Shown piece by piece: positions 60,865 through 64,000 of a stretch of 64,000 nt of DNA (its first letter is position 1; each line of letters starts with the position of its first letter). The notes under the pieces were generated by a model. It made no database searches and had not been told where the DNA came from. It worked only from the letters and a program-made list of their open reading frames with translations. The stretch covers positions 25,916,001 to 25,980,000 of the forward strand of contig OZ024759.1 in NCBI GenBank assembly GCA_964016885.1, in the 5' to 3' direction. The DNA is from Eledone cirrhosa (taxonomy: Eukaryota). The position numbers were made by a program, and so were the translations under genes.

Positions 60865-61183
60865 CTCTATCTCTCTGTCTCTCGCCTCACGATTCTCCCC
60901 TCTCTCCTTCCCCCCACTTTTCTCTAAGTTGACAGCAGCAGATTTAAATCGATATTCTGACAGATCCAAAAATTATTCCATTGTTTTGTCAGACAAACGA
61001 TTATCTTCAATTACCTCCCTTTATCTTTGATGTCTGTTTATCTTATACATTGTTTTCATATCTTTTTTTTCTGTCTTCTACTTGTTTGTGTTTTACCTTT
61101 TAGCGTTTATTATTTTTATTCAGTAACGGAATCATAATCATTAGAAACAGATTGTTCTACGTGGGAACTATAACTCTCTCCGT

Positions 61184-61467
<284 letters not shown>

Positions 61468-61503
61468 TGTTTATTCTGTATTAATGTTTTGAGTACCTGA
61501 CTA

Positions 61504-61591
<88 letters not shown>

Positions 61592-61665
61592 TTGTGTCTG
61601 TTTTTATACATATTCGCATACATGCATAAATATATATATACAAATATATATATATATGTATATAT

Positions 61666-61713
<48 letters not shown>

Positions 61714-61886
61714 TGAAAGAATATTTCTCTCTACCAAATGTATTGAGTTCACATTTAGTTTCAAACTAACATTATTGTGTACAGAATCACATTTAGGTAG
61801 AAACATACTAAAGTCCCTTTCTACACATCCCTTACTCTCTCTCTCTCACTCGCTCTCTCTCTATCTCCCTCTCCCTCTCACTCTCT

Positions 61887-61932
<46 letters not shown>

Positions 61933-62285
61933 GTATATATGTATGTATATATGTATGTATGTATGTATATATATGTATGTATGTATTTATATATATAGAT
62001 ATATGAATATATATGCGCGCGTGTGTGTGTGTGTGCGTGTGTTTGTGCGTATCTATATATATGCATGTATGTGTGTATGTATCACTATCATCATCATCAT
62101 CATCATCATCATCATCGGTATCATGCTGCAAGAGCAACATCATCAAATACACAATTAACAAAAAACAACAACAGTGACGTTGATGACAACAACATCATTA
62201 ACAATAACAACAGCAACAATTACAACAACAAGAATAACAACAGCATGTGGGTATAGAGTATGTATGTATGCATGTGCGTATAGTG

Positions 62286-62322
<37 letters not shown>

Positions 62323-62502
62323 ATGCGTGTCTATATATGTTCGTATATGTGAGTGAATCAATGTATATGTATGTACGTGTATATATCCATGCGTGTGTGT
62401 GTAGTATATATATATGTAGATGTTTCTGGGCGTATATGTGTATGAATATATATATATATATATATATGTGTATGTGTGTGTGTGTGTGTGTCTTTTTATA
62501 TA

Positions 62503-62613
62503 CAAGCTTTCCCCCCCCCAAAAAAAAAAACTGTATACACACTTGATTACCCGTACAGGCAATATTTAATAGAATGCTGTTGAAGTGTGTATACATTTTT
62601 TGGGGACACCCTC
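62503..62613. mobile_element. Tc1/mariner-type MITE remnant
   Basis: Imperfect TIRs: left TA|caagctttccc..caaaa..ctgtatacacactt; right aagtgtgtatacattttttggggacaccctc|TA, close to the CAGGGTGTCCC terminus of mariner-like elements; TA on both sides. Confidence 0.65.
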
Positions 62614-62799
62614 TATATGTGTATGTATATGTATATATGTGTGTGTATATGTGTATGTATATGTGTGTGTATGGGTATAATGTAATCTTAACTAACAACA
62701 CATCATTACAGTTTGACATGATATCATTTTTTTAAGTTCAATTCCTGACAGATATCTAAACTGTCTTTTAGACAGATTGTGATGGCTGTTGGGTTGTTT

Positions 62800-63250
62800 G
62801 GTAAGGTGGTAAGGTGGTGGTAATGGTGGTAGTAATGGTGGTGGTAAGGTGGTAGTAGTGGTGGTAGTAATGGTGGTAGTAGTGGTAGTAGTGGTGGTAG
62901 TGATGGTAGTAGTGGGGGTGGTGATGGTAGTAGCGGTGGTAGTAAGGTGGTAGTAGGGGTGGTAGTAGTGGTAGTAGTAGTGGTAGTAGTGGTGGTAGTG
63001 ATGGTGGTAGTGATAGTGGTAGTGGTGGTAGTGATGGTGGTGATGGTGGTAGTAGTGGTGGTAGTAGTGGTGTTAGTAATGGTGGTGGCAAGGTGGTAGT
63101 AGGGGTGGTAGTAGTGGTGGTAGTAGTGGTAGTAGTGGTGGTAGTGATGGTGGTAGTAGTGGTGGTAGTGGTTGTAGTGATGGTGGTGATGGTGGTAGTG
63201 ATGGTGGTAGTAGTGGTGGTAGTAATGATGGTAGTAGTGGTGGTAGAATG
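62800..63250. repeat. (GGT/AGT)n trinucleotide tract
   Basis: Direct reading. Confidence 0.95.
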
Positions 63251-64000
63251 GAGGCTATTTGTGAATCTTTTGGTAGTGTGGTGGTTGGGGTGTGCATGCA
63301 TGCACACACACTTAAACACACGCACACACACACACAATCACACTAGCACGCACACAAACATACACATATATATATCAAACCTGATCCTCTTCTCTCTTTC
63401 TCAGTCAATCTCTCAATCTAATTCATCTCCATACACACACACACTCACACACACACACACACACACACAACACACACATATATATATATAGTATGTGAGT
63501 ACGGTGTGGAAAATGTATTACATAGTAACTCACAGTTTAAATCTATGCACACTCAAACATAAGAGCTCCTTGAAATTATTGCATGCTCTAGACATGTTGC
63601 TTGTTTAGAAGGTGCAAATCCTTGATAAAAAAAGCACTGACTTAATACTTATGTTGGTTGCATAACAGTGCCAGAAGTGTGCAAACTCCTTGGCCAATCA
63701 TTCCTGACAGATTTGAAATAAATAAATAACCATAACATCGTGAAACTTTAAAGGAACGATGTGCGAATGTTTTATAGGAGATGTAATAGGCAACGCAGTT
63801 CATACGCTCTGGGGAAAGATCACAGTCAGTTAAAAAAAATTATATTTTGCAAGTAACGTTGAAAAAATATCATGGCCTTTCTAGATCCAATTATAAACTT
63901 GAACCCAAGTTCCTACTGACTCTATATATACCCCAACAATTATCCTCTGCATATATTTTTTCATCTACTCACCATCTATCAACGCTAATAGTAATAGTAG

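Overview
Eukaryotic, intergenic/intronic-type DNA dominated by simple repeats ((TA)n, (CA)n, (GA)n, (GATA)n, (GGT/GTT/CAT)n, penta- and minisatellites). Almost all ORFs in the supplied track are translation artefacts of these repeats. The tRNA-derived SINE copies resemble families I recall from Octopus, so a coleoid cephalopod is likely (inference). Recognisable elements: a 5'-truncated, decayed R4/Dong-type (RLE) non-LTR retrotransposon (1-820, -), a frameshifted Penelope-like GIY-YIG fragment (about 2180-2660, -), two RTE-type LINE 3' ends, several SINEs and a Tc1/mariner-type MITE. The main unannotated signal is a set of about ten type I hammerhead-ribozyme (HHR) motifs in short cassettes, mostly set in (TA)n tracts. 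One looks intact (30209-30294, +), one nearly so (41210-41247, -), and the rest are degenerate. They carry six different self-complementary stem III sequences, and four sit at or beside the pivot of long inverted repeats. Other signals: a phase-consistent but unrecognised minus-strand multi-exon ORF (43936-39844), 11 YY1/Pho-type AANATGGCG motifs, a 14-unit minisatellite carrying a consensus 5' splice site in every unit, and an extended miR-7-complementary site. No known host gene could be named, and all alignments and folds were done by eye.
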